From the NCBI RefSeq assembly GCF_963921235.1, contig NC_086120.1, forward strand, positions 31,248,001 to 31,312,000: 64,000 nt of DNA. Direction: 5' to 3'. Positions 48,600 through 62,815 of this stretch are shown here, in pieces. The DNA comes from Mobula hypostoma (taxonomy: Eukaryota). The position numbers and the translations under genes are program-made. Every line of letters starts with the position of its first letter. Positions within the stretch are counted from its first letter, which is position 1. The notes beneath the pieces are model-generated. The model saw nothing but the letters and a program-made list of their open reading frames with translations, had not been told where the DNA came from and did not search any database.

Positions 48600-49510
48600 A
48601 GTGTACCTTCCTCTGTAACTGGATCCTTGACTTCCTCATCAGGAGACCATAGTCCGTGCAGATCAGAAATATCATCCCCTTGCTGACAATCAATGCTGGC
48701 CCACCTCATGGATGTCTGCTTTGCCTGCTGCTCTATTCTCTCTACACCCATGACTGCGTGGCTAGGCATAGTTCAAACGCCATCTGTAGATTTTCCGATG
48801 ACATCGGAAACTTAGATGGTGACAAGAAGGTGTGCTGGACCGAATCAAATTGGCTTGCTGAGTGGTGCTGTAACAACCTTACACTCAATGTCATTATTGA
48901 GGAATTGGTTGTGGACTTCAGGAAGGCAAAGTTGAGGGAACACACACCAGCCCTTATCTAGGATTCAGTTGTGGAAAGGGTGAGCAGTTTCAAGTTGCTG
49001 GGTGTCAACATCTCTGAAGACCTATATGGGCCCAACATATTGTTACAATTACGAAGAAGGCACATCAGCGGCTATATTTCATTCGGAGTTTGAAGAGATT
49101 TGGTATGTCACCAAAAACTAGCAAATCTCTACAGATGTACAACAGAGAGCATTCTGATTGGTTGCATCTCCATCTGGTATGGAGGGGCCACTGTTCAGGC
49201 TCAGAAAAAAACTGCAGGAAGTTGCAAACTCAGCCAGCTGCATCATGGGTACCAGCCTCCCCAGCATTAAGGACACCTTCAAAAGCTGATGCCTCAAAAA
49301 AGTGGCATCCATCTTTAAGGACCCCATCACCCAGGACATGATCTCTTCCTTTTACTACCTTTAGAGAGGAGGGACAAGAGCCTAAAGACACACATTCAAT
49401 GTATCAGGAACAGCTTCTTCTCCTCCACCATCAGTTTTCTAAATGGACAATAAATCAGCACATGCACGCTACCTCAATATTTTTTGTTCTTTTTGCACTA
49501 TTTATCTAAT
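48600..49510 (+). mobile_element. Degenerate Rex1/Babar LINE
   Basis: [18 protein letters not shown]...FSDD...ELVVDFRK. Confidence 0.8.
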
Positions 49511-49711
49511 TTCAAAGTTTGAAATTCAAAGTAAATGTATTATCCAAGTACAAATATGTCACCATATACAGCCCTGAGATTCATTGTGTTGTGGGCATAC
49601 TCAATAAATCCATAAAATAATAACCATAACAGGATCAATGAAAGACCACACCGACTTGGGTGTTCAACCAGTGTGCAAAAGACAACAAACTGAGCAAATA
49701 CAAAAATAAAT

Positions 49712-49742
<31 letters not shown>

Positions 49743-49849
49743 AGCAATCAGTATCAAGAACATGAGATGAAGAGACCTTGAATGTGACTCCATAGGTTGT
49801 GGAAACATGTCAATGATGGAGCAAGTAAAGTTATCCCCTTTGGTTCATT

Positions 49850-51290
49850 TTCAACCTCTCACTCCTATGGGTGGAAGTTCCCACTTGCTTCAAAAAGGCA
49901 ACAATTATACCAGTGCCTAAGAAGATTAATGTGAACTGCCTTAATGACTATTGCCCAGTAATACTCACATCTACAGTGATGAAATGCTTTGAGAGGTTGG
50001 TCATGACTAGACTGAACTCCTGCCTCAGCAAGGACCTGGACCCACTGAAATTTGTCTATCACCACAATAGGTCAATGGCAGATGCAATCTCAATGGCTCT
50101 TCACACGGCCTTAGACCACCTGGACAATACAAACACCTATGTCAGAATGCTGTTCATCGACTATAGCTCAGCATTTAACACCATCATTCCCATAATCCTG
50201 ATTGAGAAATTACGGAACCTGGGCCTCTGTTCCTCCCTCAGGATTCTCGACTTCCAAACCGGAAGACCACAATCTGTGCAGATTGGTGATAATATCTCCT
50301 CCTTGCTGACGATCAACACTAATGCATCTCAGGGCTGTGTGTTTAGCCCACTGCTCTACTCTCTATATACACATGACTGTGTGGCTGAGAGTAGCTCAAA
50401 TATCATCTATAAATTTGCTGATGATACAACCATTGTTGGTCGAATCTCAGATGGAGATGAGAGGGCGTACAGGAGCGAGATATGTCAACTAGTGGAGTGG
50501 TGTCACAGCAACAACCTGGCACTTAACATCAGTAAGACAAAAAAGCTGGTTGTGGATTTCAGGAAGGGCAACACGAAGGAATGCATACCAATTCTGATAG
50601 AGGGATCAGAAGTGAGAGAGTGAGCAGTTTCAAGTTCCTGGGTGTCAAGATCTCTGAGGACCTAACCTGGTCCCAACTTACCGATGTAGCTATAAAGAAG
50701 GCAAGACTGCGACTATACTTCATCAGGAGTTTGAGGAGTTTGAAGAGATTTGGTATGTCAAGGAGAGCATTCTGATAGGCTGTGTCACTGTCTGGTATGG
50801 CAGGGGTGGGGGTCTGCTGCACAGGACCAAAAGATGCTGCAGAGGATCGTAAATTTGGTCGGCTCCATCTTGGGTACTAGTCTACAAAGTACCCAGGACA
50901 TCTTCAAGGAGCAGCGTCTCAGAAAGGCAGGGTCCATTATTAAGGACCCCCAGCACCCAGGGCATGCCCTTTTCTCACTGTTACCATCAGGTAGGAGGTA
51001 CAGGAGCCTGAAGGCACACACTCAGCGATTCAGGAACAGCTTCTTCTCCTCTGCATCGGATTCCTAAATGGACATTGAACCCATGAACACTACCTCACTT
51101 TTTAAATATATACTATTTCTGTTTATGCATGATTTTTAATCCATTCAATATACGTATACTGTAATTAATTTACTTATTTAGTTACCATTCTTTTCTTCTT
51201 CTAGATTACGTATTGCATTGAACTGCCGCTGCTAAGTTTACAAGTTTCATGGCACATGCCAGTGATAATAAACCTGATTCTGATTCTGAT
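49850..51290 (+). mobile_element. Rex1/Babar LINE: most of RT, C-terminus and (GATTCT)n tail
   Basis: 250-aa ORF with [39 protein letters not shown] and [10 protein letters not shown]. Frameshift near 50615. Tail AATAAACCTGATTCTGATTCTGATT. Confidence 0.92.
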
Positions 51291-52124
51291 TCGAGCCTGA
51301 TGTTTGAGGGGTTGTAACTTAATAACTAGTAATGAATTTAAGTTTAATATGTATTTCTTATTGTAATTTATAGCTTTTATGTATTGCACTGTACTACTGC
51401 CACAAAACAACAAATTTCACAACATACATCAGTGATTCTGATTCTACTGACAGGAAGCAATTGCTTGGAAGTGTCGATAAAAGAAAGGATAGCAACCTTG
51501 AAGAGAGATAAAGTATTATGTTTAGCAGTGTTAGAATAGGGGATATTGTCATCACCTGCTGCTTCAGGCCAGGAACACATTAGTTTGTTTACGCCAACTG
51601 CATGTGGATTATTGGAAAACAAAGGCAGACTCTGTATCAAATACCAACCAATGGGAATGCAGATATTAATCGGTGAGCTCTGGATAAATCTGACAAAGGC
51701 TGGTACTCATGACACACAAGAAAACCTGCTGTATGTAGAGATCTTGTCAAATTGGTAATATGGAAGGACTTGTTCTTTTTTTCTCGCAAAGCACCGCAAA
51801 CAGCAGAGTGAAGTGATGGACAGATAGGGAAGATGACAAGAGGAGAATGAAATTCAATGCAGAGAAGAGTGAAATGAGAGGGTAAAGATAGAAACCAGCA
51901 TGGTGCATAAATACACAGAAGTGGCCAAAAACAGAAAATGCTGGAAAAACTCATGCAAGTCAGTGATAGCATTTGTGGAATAAGAAACCGTCATCACTTC
52001 AGATCCACTGTCAAAGCAAAGCCGCTGGTCAATTGAGATAAAAAATTAAAGGAAACAATCTAAATAAATTAGAACGGCTGCAACTGGAATAAGTGATTTC
52101 AACTGCAAAATTAGGCAGGGGATA

Positions 52125-52565
52125 TTAGAAGGCATGTGCTATCATGAGAGGCTGGATAAACTTGCATTGTTTTCACTGCAGCGCTGGAGGCTGAGGGGAG
52201 ACCTGATTGAAGTTTACAAGATTATGAGAGGCATAGATAGAGTGAACAGAGAGTATCTGTTTCCCAGGGTTGAAATGCCTAATACCAGAAGGCATGCACT
52301 GAAGGTGAGAGGGGATGAGAAGTTTTTTTCCACTCAGAGAGTTGAGGATGCCTGGAATGTGCTGCCTGCTATGGTGGTAGAGGCAAATACATTAGAAGCT
52401 TTTAAGAGACATTTGGATAGGCAAATGGATTGAAGGAAGATGGAGGACAATGGGCATGGTATAGTTAGGGAGGATTTAAGTTTGGCTGTTTTTGATTTAC
52501 TTTTTAGCTGGTTCGGCATAACACTGTGGGCTGAGTGGCCTGTCCTGTTCTAAGTTCCGTGTTCT
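52125..52565 (+). mobile_element. CR1 LINE 3' end
   Basis: YHERLDKLALFSLQRWRLRGDLIEVYKIMRG. Confidence 0.88.
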
Positions 52566-52728
52566 AATTTGGAATTGTTCCGACGAAGGCTCACAGATCC
52601 AAACTGTTGCTTGTTTCTCTTTCCACAGATGCTGTCAGACCTGTTGGGTTTTCCAGCATTTTCTGTTTCTATTTCAGATTTTAAGCAACTACGATGGTAT
52701 GCTTTTCTCCACATTTACAGAGCATACA

Positions 52729-53230
52729 AGTGTTGTGTGGGGTGTGCAGTGGGTGGTAGCACCTTTGGTGAAGGGGCTTGTTGTGTCCATTTCTGGGGCA
52801 GCTCACTCACCTTTGGTTCCCACCGGAAAATCAGTTCTCACCTGTGGCTCCAAGTAGCTATTTGCATGTTGCATACAGGAGCAGCCACACCCCGGTACAC
52901 TGCTTTGACAGGTGAGCTTCATTCCCCAGTGAGACAGGAGCATGTCTGTCCTAGCATGCAAGCTCAGGTCGAATGGATTGGGCGGATGAGATCCAACGGC
53001 CAGGAAGGTGGTTCTGCATTGTTTCGTGGAGAGCGAAGGACATGGCAAGGCTCAGAAGACATCATGATCGTCCACTGCAACCAATGAAGGCCCCAGAGTG
53101 GCAACTACTCGTACCATTGGACCCAGACTTCCAAGATCAAGAGGGTGGAACTGCCCCAGTGCAACAACCTTTCCACTTTAAAAACTCTCCGGCACAGGTT
53201 TTCTGTCGTCATAGGATTGTTAGACAACTA
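52729..53230 (+). mobile_element. Probable RTE-5'UTR-derived non-autonomous element
   Basis: Non-coding GC-rich block that resembles RTE 5' UTRs from memory, ending ...TTAAAAACTCTCCGGCACAGGTTTTCTGTCGTC...GACAAC. Confidence 0.35.
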
Positions 53231-53914
53231 ATCAATTGAGACAGCACATGTAAAACAGAATCATTGTGTACATAAGATGGGAAGCCCGCTCACCTGATAT
53301 AAAACTCTAATTAGGCCATCTAGCCACCTTTATGATAAGGAGAAACAGAAAAGATTTACTAGGTGAGGAAATTAAGCTGCAAATTAGACTGCAGTAGTTG
53401 GCGTTGTTCTCCTTAGAGAGAAGAAACCCCTGAGGAAATTTGATTAACGGATATCCTGATGAGCTTTGAAAGGATAGAGGGAAAATAATCATAATTCACA
53501 GATAATTCAAGGACCAATTGGCTCAGATTTAAAGTTTTGAGCCCCTAGATACTAGGTGGATATGATAAAGAATTTCTTTACTCGGAGAATTTCTGTGATC
53601 TGGATCTGAATACCTGTGAAAAAACTGAGGCTTTACAAAATGGAACTGGATATGCAGAAGGGAAAATGATTTACAGGGTTACAGGGAATAGGCAGGCATG
53701 GGACTGGAGGTATTGGTCTACTAAGGGTTGGCACAGACTCAATGGGCCAAATGGTCAACTATGCTGTAATGTGATTCTCGGGCTATTATTAGAATGTGGC
53801 CTTACAACACAAGCATAAACACAAACAGAATTCAAAGTTCAAAGTACATTTATTATCAAAGTATGTATATAACCTTGAGATTCATCCCCTTATAGGCAGC
53901 CACAAAACAAAGGA

Positions 53915-54193
53915 ACTGGGAATGAAAGGGTTATCATATGAGGAACGTTTGATAACTCTGGGTCTGTACTCGATGGAATTTAGAAGGATGACGGGGGATC
54001 TCATTGAAACCTTTCAAATTTTGAAAGGCCTAGACAGAGTAGATGTGGAAAGGGTGTTTCCCATGGTGGGAGAGGCTCGGACAAGAGGGCACAACCGCAG
54101 GATAGAGGGGCGTCCATTTAAAACAGAGATGCGGAGAAATTTCTTCAGCCAGAAAGTCGTGAATTTGTGGAATTTACTACCACAGGCAGCTGT
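53915..54193 (+). mobile_element. CR1 internal fragment
   Basis: GMKGLSYEERLITLGLYSMEFRRMTGDLIETF...RTRGHN...RNFFSQKVVNLWN. Confidence 0.88.
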
Positions 54194-57100
54194 AAAGGAT
54201 TACATTTCCCACAAGAATTTTACATGCTCAATGTTCCAATGAAATTTACAACCCAGAAAGTGTCACTGCTATTCAAAATTCAAAGTTTAAAGTACATTTA
54301 TTATCGAAGTATGCATACCGTATACAACCCTGAGATTCATCTTCCCGCAGGCAGCCACGAAGTAAGCAACAGCTACAGAACCCTTCTAAAGAAAAGCCCC
54401 ACATGACCAAGAGCATCAAACACCCAAATCGCGAAAAATGAACAAATTGCGCAAGCAACAAGAAGCGAGCAAATAACACACAGAATCTAATACATCATCG
54501 AACCGCAGAGTCCCTGAGAGCGGCTACAGGCCGCAGCCGCAGAGCCAGTTCCGCGCCAAAGCGCCTCCGATCAAATTGTGCAAATAGTGAAAAAGAGTGA
54601 ATAAAAACACATGGAACGTGAACGGCCGAGCATGCAAATATACAGGAAATGCAGCGGCCAATTTATGCACCTCAAATTGTCACAAACATCAAACTACCAA
54701 TAGCCAGATCATCTTATTCATTCGGAATAAGTAAAGAACAACACAATGATGGAACAGAATCCCTCAGATTATGTTAACTGGAGGAATATACAGGGTCACC
54801 AGGACAGGCAGTGGGATGATCATTGCCACTGTAAAGCAATTGTGCTGTAGTACCGTGCTGCCCTGTTGATCAAATTAATCAACATTGAGTTAAATTATAA
54901 CATCTTTTGACATTGAGTGGTGTATAATTATTCTTCAGATTTTTTTGATGCTGAGAAATTTGTCAATGATCTTTGATAGTGAATGGATGTGATAATATTG
55001 GCCAGTGAATTTTGAGTTCTTTAATGTCCAAATGAGTGAAAAACTGGGCCAATTAGAAATGGTAACTATAGCCATTGTCTCCCTGCAAGCCTGCACCAGT
55101 AGGTTTAAAGGCAGCTTCTATCCCACTTTTAAATGGACCTCTTGTATGGTCAGATATACTGTTGACTTCACAATCTACAGTACTAAGCAAAAGTCTTTGA
55201 AACATATATATAAGACTTTTGCACGGTACTACAGTAATTTTCTGTATTGCGCTGTACTATTGCCAAAAAAAAGTCATGACATATGTGAGTGTTGATAAAC
55301 CTATTTCTGATATGGGTCTCTAATATGAACTGAGAGTGGGAAGGGGAGGGAAATCATGGTTGGGAAAATGAGAAGGGAAAGGAGAGGGAGCTGGAAGCAC
55401 CAGAGAGACATTCTGTAGTGATCAATAAACCAATTGTTTGAATCAAATGACCTTGCCTGGTGTCTCAGGGCTGGGTGTGTCTGCACCCGCACCGCCCCCA
55501 ACCCCTACCACTGCTTCGCTGCCACCTGTGCCACACCCTTCTGTGGTACTCGACCCTCGCCATTCCCAACATCCTTTGCTCCCGCCAGATTTACAAACTC
55601 ACTCTCCGCTACATGTATGTGCCTAAGAATTTTGCACAGTACTGTACTTTGCCTTAGCTTTGCACTTGATTGTCTGCCTGCACAGCACTTTCTGTGCTAC
55701 TGTAACACTCTATTTTACATTCTGTGTTTGCTTTTCCCTTGTACTACCTCAATGTACCGATGTGATGAAAAGATCTTTACAGATGGCACGCAAAACGAAA
55801 TATTTCCCTATGGTTGGGTATATCAAGGTCAAAGCTGAATTTATTGTCAACAAAAAGCTTACGTGCAGCAGCATCACAAGCAGAGCATCATCTAAGAAGC
55901 ATTCACAGGAAAAGCATAAATTAAACATAGTGTACATGGTGACATAAATGTACTCTGATAATAACATATACTTTGAACTTTGAACGATTAGAAAAAAAAT
56001 CTATTTTAGTGCAAACTTCTCAGGATGGTCAATATTGTTAAAATGATTAGTGTTTTGCCAGTTGGTTCAGGAGCCAAATAATTGAAGGGAACTTGTTGTT
56101 CTTGAATCTGATGGTGCCAGTCTATGGATACCAAAACCATAAGAACCATTGATCCCCACACTACATCCCCTCCCACAACACTTACTGTTCAACTGTGCTC
56201 AAATATCTTGGCATATTTTTATGTGTCAAATACTGACTATAAGCTGTTTTTGTAATTCTCAATGGACGTGTTTTAAAGGGGGAGTTAGGGAGATTGGGGT
56301 ATTTATGGAGGACTTTCCAGATTTTATAATCCAGGCAGCAAGAAGCACAAGCACAAATACAAGAGTGTCAAAATTCATCTTTTGGAAGGCAGAATTGGAG
56401 AGCCTCATATGAGGGGTGGGGTGGGGGTTACAGTGTTAGAGGAGGTTAAAGAAATAGGGAGGAATAAAGGACCTGAAAACAGGGATGAGAGTTTCTGAAT
56501 CAAGGCAGAGTTTACATTTCTAAATCAAAGCAGAGTTCAGCATAATGATCAGAATGGCAATGCGTGATCTTGTTGAGAGAACATGACTCAGCTATTTCAA
56601 GACTGTGCTGGTCTCGATGTTATCGATTTGAAAGGTAGCTGAATGACTAAAAAATACAGAATAACCAAGCATGTGGCTGTCAAATACGGCATGTTGAATG
56701 AAGTGGATTTCAACTGTGATTTATTAACTTTGTTGTATGTAGGTTTTTACTGACTTTATTTCTTTTAGTGGATCAGTGTGTTTTTATTTAATACTACTTC
56801 ATCTGATTTAACAATGGTGATTAAATGAGGTAGTCCATCAACATTTCTACTAGGCTATTTAAATTTTCTTCATCGAGTTTTAGGGAGCATTTATTGTTCA
56901 CCCATAACTGTCTTTTATAATTTAGAAACAGAATCATGATGAGGTTTACTTTCACTGACATATGTTGTGAAATTTCTTGTTTTTTTATGACAGCAGTACA
57001 GTGCTGGTGACGGTGAGCTCTTTTTCTCCTTCTGGTGAAGCAGCTCTCCCTGTGTTGTTAGGCTTGACAATTCCAAGATTGGACTTAATGATAATGAAAG

Positions 57101-57594
57101 AATTACAATTTATTTCCAAGGAGGATGATGTCTGATGTGCAGTGGGATCTGCTGCAAGTAGTGTATGTCGTCTGGTAGTGTCACCACAAGGGCTTTAGGA
57201 AGCTTTACCCTTTATAAATAGAGAATGTTTGATGACCGTTTTTCAGTCACAAACCAACAACAGCAGTTCTGAGTAACAATTAAAGATGTATTTTAAGGAA
57301 AGTACTACCCAAAGTGCTCACCATGAGATCCCATCACCTGACCAGGTTCATTGCCTAATTCTAGATCCAGTATGGCCTCTCTTCAGGTTGGCCTTTCCAC
57401 CTGTTTTGTCAGGAATCCTTCCTGGACACGCCTAACAGATTCTGCCCCATCTAAACTTTTTGCACTAAGGAGGTGCCAATCAATATAAGGGAAGTTGAAG
57501 TTACTCATGACAAGAACCGTGTTATATTTTGCACCTTTCCGAATTTATATGTTCTCTTCAGTGTCCTGTGTGTTATGGGGGTGCCTACAGAATA

Positions 57595-57785
57595 GGGCCA
57601 GCCAATGGTGCACTGGACGTCAAGGCAGATGGTCCTGAGTTCAAATCTGGCCGGGTCCCAACCTAGGCAGCAGCAGAAGCTACGTGGAAGAAAGACCTGG
57701 CAATCTACTTACGTATCTCGCCAGGAAAACTCTGTGGACAACTACATTCTGGACGACAGCTCGACGACACTCAAGAGCAACAACT
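57595..57785 (+). mobile_element. tRNA-derived SINE with RTE-like tail
   Basis: A/B-box-like head (AATGGTG...GAGTTCAAATC), GGAAGAAAGACCTGGCAATCTACTT and a CAACAAC end. Flanked by GAATA. Confidence 0.6.
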
Positions 57786-57849
57786 GAATACTACCAACAG
57801 AGTGACTGCTCCCTTCCTGTTTCTGGTTTCCACCCAAGCTGACTTAGTT

Positions 57850-58455
57850 GATGCTTAGAAGTTTGCATATATTCAGCATGTCATCTAAAAATTTAACAAG
57901 CGGAGAATATCCTGATGCTCAAGAAATGGCTACAAAAAGTGGTGGATACAGCCCAGTCTGTCACAGGAAAAGCCTTCCCCACCATTGAGCACATCTACAA
58001 AGAGACACCACGAGAAAGCATCATCCGTCATCATGGACCATCATCCAGGCCATGCTTTCTTCTCGCTGCTAAGATTGGGAAGAAGATACAGGAGCCTTAG
58101 GTCCCATACCACCAGGTTCAGGAACAGTTTTTACCCTTCAATCATCAGGTTTCTGAACCAGCGTGGATAACTTCACTCACCATAATGCTGAACTGAACAC
58201 TGAACACAACCTATGAATTCATTTTCTAGAACTTTATAACTCATATTCTCAGTATTAATTATTTATTATTATCATTATCATTTTTTGTACCTGCATAGTT
58301 TGTCTTTTGCATAATTGTTGCTTTTCAATATCTGTATGAAAATTTTCATTGATTTTATTGTATTTCTTTGTTCCATTGTGGATGCCTCCATCAACAAAAT
58401 GATCTCAGGGTAGTTTATGGTGACATATACATTGATAATAAATTTACTTTGAGCT
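57850..58455 (+). mobile_element. Rex1/Babar LINE 3' end
   Basis: LQKVVDTAQSVTG and HHPGHAFFSLL...GRRYRSL. Confidence 0.8.
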
Positions 58456-58619
58456 TTGATCCCTCCACATTCTCCTCCCTTTCTGCAGCTGTGATAATAT
58501 AAGTGACACTTCATGGCGGTATACTTCACCTTAAGCATTCATGGAGGAATTAAAATTGCTCCTGTGTGGAGGCTTGCCTGCAGGCGAAGTTCTCCCGACA
58601 GCGAGTGTTTGACGGGCTG

Positions 58620-59185
58620 TGATACTATCCTGCTCCCCCACCCCTCTCTTTTAACTCTCTCCCTATTGCTTTTGAAATATCTAAACTCTGGAAAATCTAG
58701 CAGCCATTCTTGCTCCTGCGACAGCCAAGTCTCTGTAATGGCCACAGCATTGTAATTCTATGTACTGTTCCATGCTCTCAGTTCATCACTCTTATTCTTA
58801 ATACTTCTCGCATTAGCCACATTTCAACCAATCCATCTGATTGCATTTATGCCCTATCCATTCTTACAGTCTCTTCGTTCTCATTATCTCTTTGTACATT
58901 ACTTTAACCGTTACATCAACTGCTCTATCATCTGACCTAGTGTTCTGGTTCCCATTGCTCTTTAAACCTAGTTTAAATGCTCCCCTACGACTCTATCAAA
59001 ACTGCACGCAAGGAGCTTGATCCCACCGGAGTTCAGGTGCAACCTGTCTCTTTTCCACAATTCATACCTTCCCTGGAAGAGATCCCAAAGATCCAGGATT
59101 TTGGGGGCAGCATGGTAGCAATTCTAAATGAAATATAAAGGAATTCTGAAACGCTTTTGCTGTACCAATTACTTAGCCATGGATT
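58620..59185 (-). mobile_element. CR1 LINE, ORF1 end and AP-endonuclease N-terminus remnant
   Basis: AITETWLSQEQEWLLDFPEFRYFKSNRE is the APE domain ETW motif. Confidence 0.7.
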
Positions 59186-60150
59186 CAAAGTTGAAAGTTC
59201 CATGTAAATTTGTCGTCAAAGTACATATATGTCACCATATACAACAGTGAGATTCATTTTCTTGTGGGCATACTCAATAAATCTATGATAGAAAAATAAC
59301 CATAATAGAATCAATGCTCTGCACCAACTTGAACATTCAACCAGTGTGCAAAAGACAACAAACCGCAAGTACAAAAAGAAAGAAATAATAATAATAATAA
59401 TATATAAATAAACAATAAATTTCAAGAACACAAATTGAAGGATCCTTGAAAGTGAGTCCACAGGCTGTGGGAACATTTCAATGATGGTGCAAGTGAAGTT
59501 GAGTGAAGTTACTCACTTTGGTTCAAGAGCCCGATGGCTGAGGGGTAATAACTGCCCCTGAACCTGGTGGTGTGAGCCTGAAGCTCCTGTACCTTCTTCC
59601 TGATGGCAGCGCTGAGAAGAGAGCGTGACCGGGGTGGTGGGGGTCCTGGATGATGGATGCTGCTCTCCTGCGCATCTGCTCAATGGTAGGGAGAGCATTC
59701 CCCATGATGGACTGGGACATATGCACTATGTTTTGTAGGATATTCTGTTCAAGGGCATTCGTGCTTCCATACCAGGCCAGTCTATATACTCTCCACCACA
59801 CATATATAGAAGTTTGTCAAAGTTTTAGATGTCATGCCAAATCTTTGCAAACTCCTAAGGAAGTAGAGGCAACACTCACAACATGCTGGCGGAACTCAGC
59901 AGGTCGGGCAGCATCCGTGGAAACGATCAGTCAACGTTATGGGCTGGAACCCTTCGTCAGGACTCAAGTAGAGGCATTACCATGCTTTCTTCTGAATTGC
60001 ACTTACATGCTGAGCCTCAGACAAGCACTCTACAATGATAACACTGAGGAACTTAAAGATGCTGACCTTTTCCACCTCTGATCCTCCAATGAAGACCGGG
60101 TCATGGACCCTCCTCCTGAAGTCAATAATCAGCTGCTTGCCATACGTCAT
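59185..60150 (-). mobile_element. Rex1/Babar LINE 3' part
   Basis: LIIDFRR...VEKVSIFKFL and DPHHPGHALFSALPSGRRYRS. (TTGAA) tail. Confidence 0.85.
59872..59965 (-). mobile_element. 94-bp Penelope-like terminus insertion with 11-bp TSD
   Basis: AAGTAGAGGCA at 59861-59871 and 59966-59976. Minus strand starts GAGTC-CTGACGA-AGGG, with the hammerhead GAAA box mutated to ATAA. Confidence 0.85.
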
Positions 60151-60644
60151 CTGCCATATCTTCATATTCTTACTCTCATGGTGAGGGGTTACAGAGATTA
60201 CTACTCTGGAGGTCTTGCATGCTTGCTTCTTTCCAAACTCCTTATCAGAATCAGAATCAAGTTCAATGTAACTGATGTTTGTCATGAAATCTGATTTATT
60301 TTGCAGCAGCATTGCAGTGCAATATGCAACAATACTATAAATTAACAATAAGAAATATATATTAAGAAATACATTAAATAAACAGTGCAAAAAGAGGTAG
60401 TCTTCATGAGATAGTTCAACATTTGTTCAGAAATCTGACTGTAGATGGGGTAAAGGTTGTAACTAAAATGCTATATATACATACACATATATACACATAC
60501 AGTACATATAAATATATATAATGTTTTAGGAACAGCTGTATCTAAAAATATCACTTTTCATATACAAACATGTGTGTGTGTGTATATATATATATATATG
60601 TGTGTGTGTTTATATATAAAGTGATATATAAGTATTTTTTTATT

Positions 60645-60908
60645 TATTGAGATATAATGTGGAATAGGCCCTTTGAGCCACGCCACCCAGCAATTCCCTG
60701 ATTTAATCTGAGCCTAATCACAATTTACAGTAACCAATTAACCTACCAACCGGTGCGTCTTTGGACTGTCGGAGGAAACCGGGTCACCCAGAGGAAACCC
60801 ACATGGTCGCAGGGAGAACGTACAATCTCCTTACAGGCAGTGGTGAAATTGAACCCACGTCATCTATACTGTAAAGTGTTGTTTAAACCACTACGCTACC
60901 GTGCCACC

Positions 60909-60910
<2 letters not shown>
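60645..60910 (-). mobile_element. V-SINE (HE1-like)
   Basis: GGAGGAAACCGGGTCACCCAGAGGAAACCCACATGGTCGCAGGGAGAACGTAC. Confidence 0.8.

Positions 60911-60911
<1 letters not shown>

Positions 60912-60965
<54 letters not shown>
60912..60965. repeat. (AT)n microsatellite
   Basis: About 27 uninterrupted AT units. A mixed TA/TG/CA tract also lies at ~60470-60630. Confidence 0.95.
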
Positions 60966-60967
<2 letters not shown>

Positions 60968-62244
60968 CTCACTCTGTACTTACCCCTTTTCCTGGCTATA
61001 TCGTTGTACCAACGTGTACCCAGAATTTTGGCTGCTCACCCTCTCCGTTAAGAATGTTAACCATTCTTCATGCTTCCAACTAAAGTCTCCAACATTGCAA
61101 GATCTCTGTACACCTTTCCCAACCTTCATAAGAATCCTTATCAGAAGTATCCATTTCTATTTCAAAGAACCCTATTGATAAACAATCAATCCTCGTATTA
61201 TCTTTCTGTGTAAATAATTATTGTTCTAGTCTTTAGAATTTCCTGTTCAACCCCTCCCCTTCACTTTGGTTTCACATTGTGTATTTTATTTGTTTGTTAA
61301 AGCTTTTTTAATTTGATCACTGTGGGCTTCTGTTTGTTGCTGTGCCTCAGGGCATTTTCCATTCTCTCTATTGTGTTTCATCAGTGTACACTGCTCATTT
61401 TAAACAAATACTTCCTGCTGTTATCCAATCTTCTGAAATTATTGTTTCTTTGTTTTCTTGGTATGGTTCAATGAGAAGTTTTCACCCTTGAGTATCATAC
61501 ACAACCTGAAATAAAGGGACTTGCATTTCTAAAAATCAACCTCCCACGATCTCAGGTCTTCCCAGCCAACTTTTACACCTAATGAAGTACTCTCACTAAT
61601 ATCCCAGCCAATTTGCATGATAACATGTTCCCATAAACAAAATTGTGATAATTACTTGATAGTCTGGTTTTAATGATGATTTGGGCATAAATAACTGTGC
61701 CAGGACACAGGGGAACTGACCTCCAGTTAGCATCGTAAGAGAAAATGAGGTCTTGGGGGTATTATCTCAACCAAAAGACAGCATCAGATGCACAGTAGCA
61801 CCTCCTTAATATGGTGCAGCAGAGCCAGCCTAAATTTTTGGATTAATTCTCTAGAGTCTTAGACTGAGATCCTTTTGCCATTGGAGATTGAGGATCTTGG
61901 TGCTGTTGAACAATCTCTCACACTTCATGGATGCATTGTTTAAAGAGGAAACATGAGTGGGGACATTGAAGCTTTATAAGAATATATTAATGTGATGACA
62001 CAAAAATATAAAGAAAGATTAGTACCGATGATAGTTCTTATTTAGACCTTTTAATAAATAAAATTTGTTTTTGAAATTAGGAAAATTACCTCTCTGGAGT
62101 CAGAATTCATTATTCACTGAGGTTTCACCTGTCCCTGTTATGTTTTGTAACTTCAAAACATTAAACTAATTCAAAGGAAGATATGGGAGACTGAAATGTT
62201 AATCTATGTTAGTGTTTACTTTAAGCGAGTTGTGTACGGATGAG

Positions 62245-62815
62245 TTTAGCTTCCGTACCCATCCTTTGTAGAAAAATGTTTGCTGAAAAATGGTTTTGAC
62301 CACATCCACCAGGCACAATGGAATATCCTAGAAGTCCAAGGAGGGGAAGGACATGATGAATCCTGTTGAAGTGTTGCTTGTGCAATCTGGCAAAGTCATT
62401 TGGCAAAATGCCTCATCATCAAACATACACCAAGGTCCAGTTCGAAAGGCAGTGAGAGGGGCCTTCTGTTCAAATTCTTCCTGCAAATTGGAATCTCATT
62501 CCCACCGCATGCTGCCTTTGTAACTGGTTGCAGTGTGGATCGGGTGAGTGTCCACTTCCTTGAGGACCATGGATTTGCCAAGAGAGTCAGGAAAAGGACA
62601 CACTGCTCTCATCGAGGTTCTCCCCAACCAAATGTGTAACAGAGAATTGTGACGTGCAGAGTATTCCCACAGAAATATCAACTGCTGCCACAGGATCATT
62701 AACTTAATGATGGACATACTGCGGTTTGCAGAAACTTTCCTCTGTGAGAGGCCTGTAAGCTAATACTGCCAAATAGCACTTTTCAAAGTGAAGGAGTACA
62801 CGCTGAGGGATGCTG
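62245..62815 (+). mobile_element. Old degenerate Tx1/L1-clade ORF2 C-terminus (zinc-binding region)
   Basis: Broken frames give KVIWQNASS, KAVRGA, PTACC, HFLEDHGFAKRV, NINCCHRIIN and EYTLRDA, homologous to the young copy at 28572. Confidence 0.7.

Noticed and set aside
52569-53087. 172-aa ORF
   Set aside because: Spans a PLE terminus and a non-coding repeat, with no protein-like features.
53909-54199. AAAGGA as a TSD around an internal CR1 fragment
   Set aside because: Short, purine-rich match, and the fragment lacks a 3' end. Not reliable.
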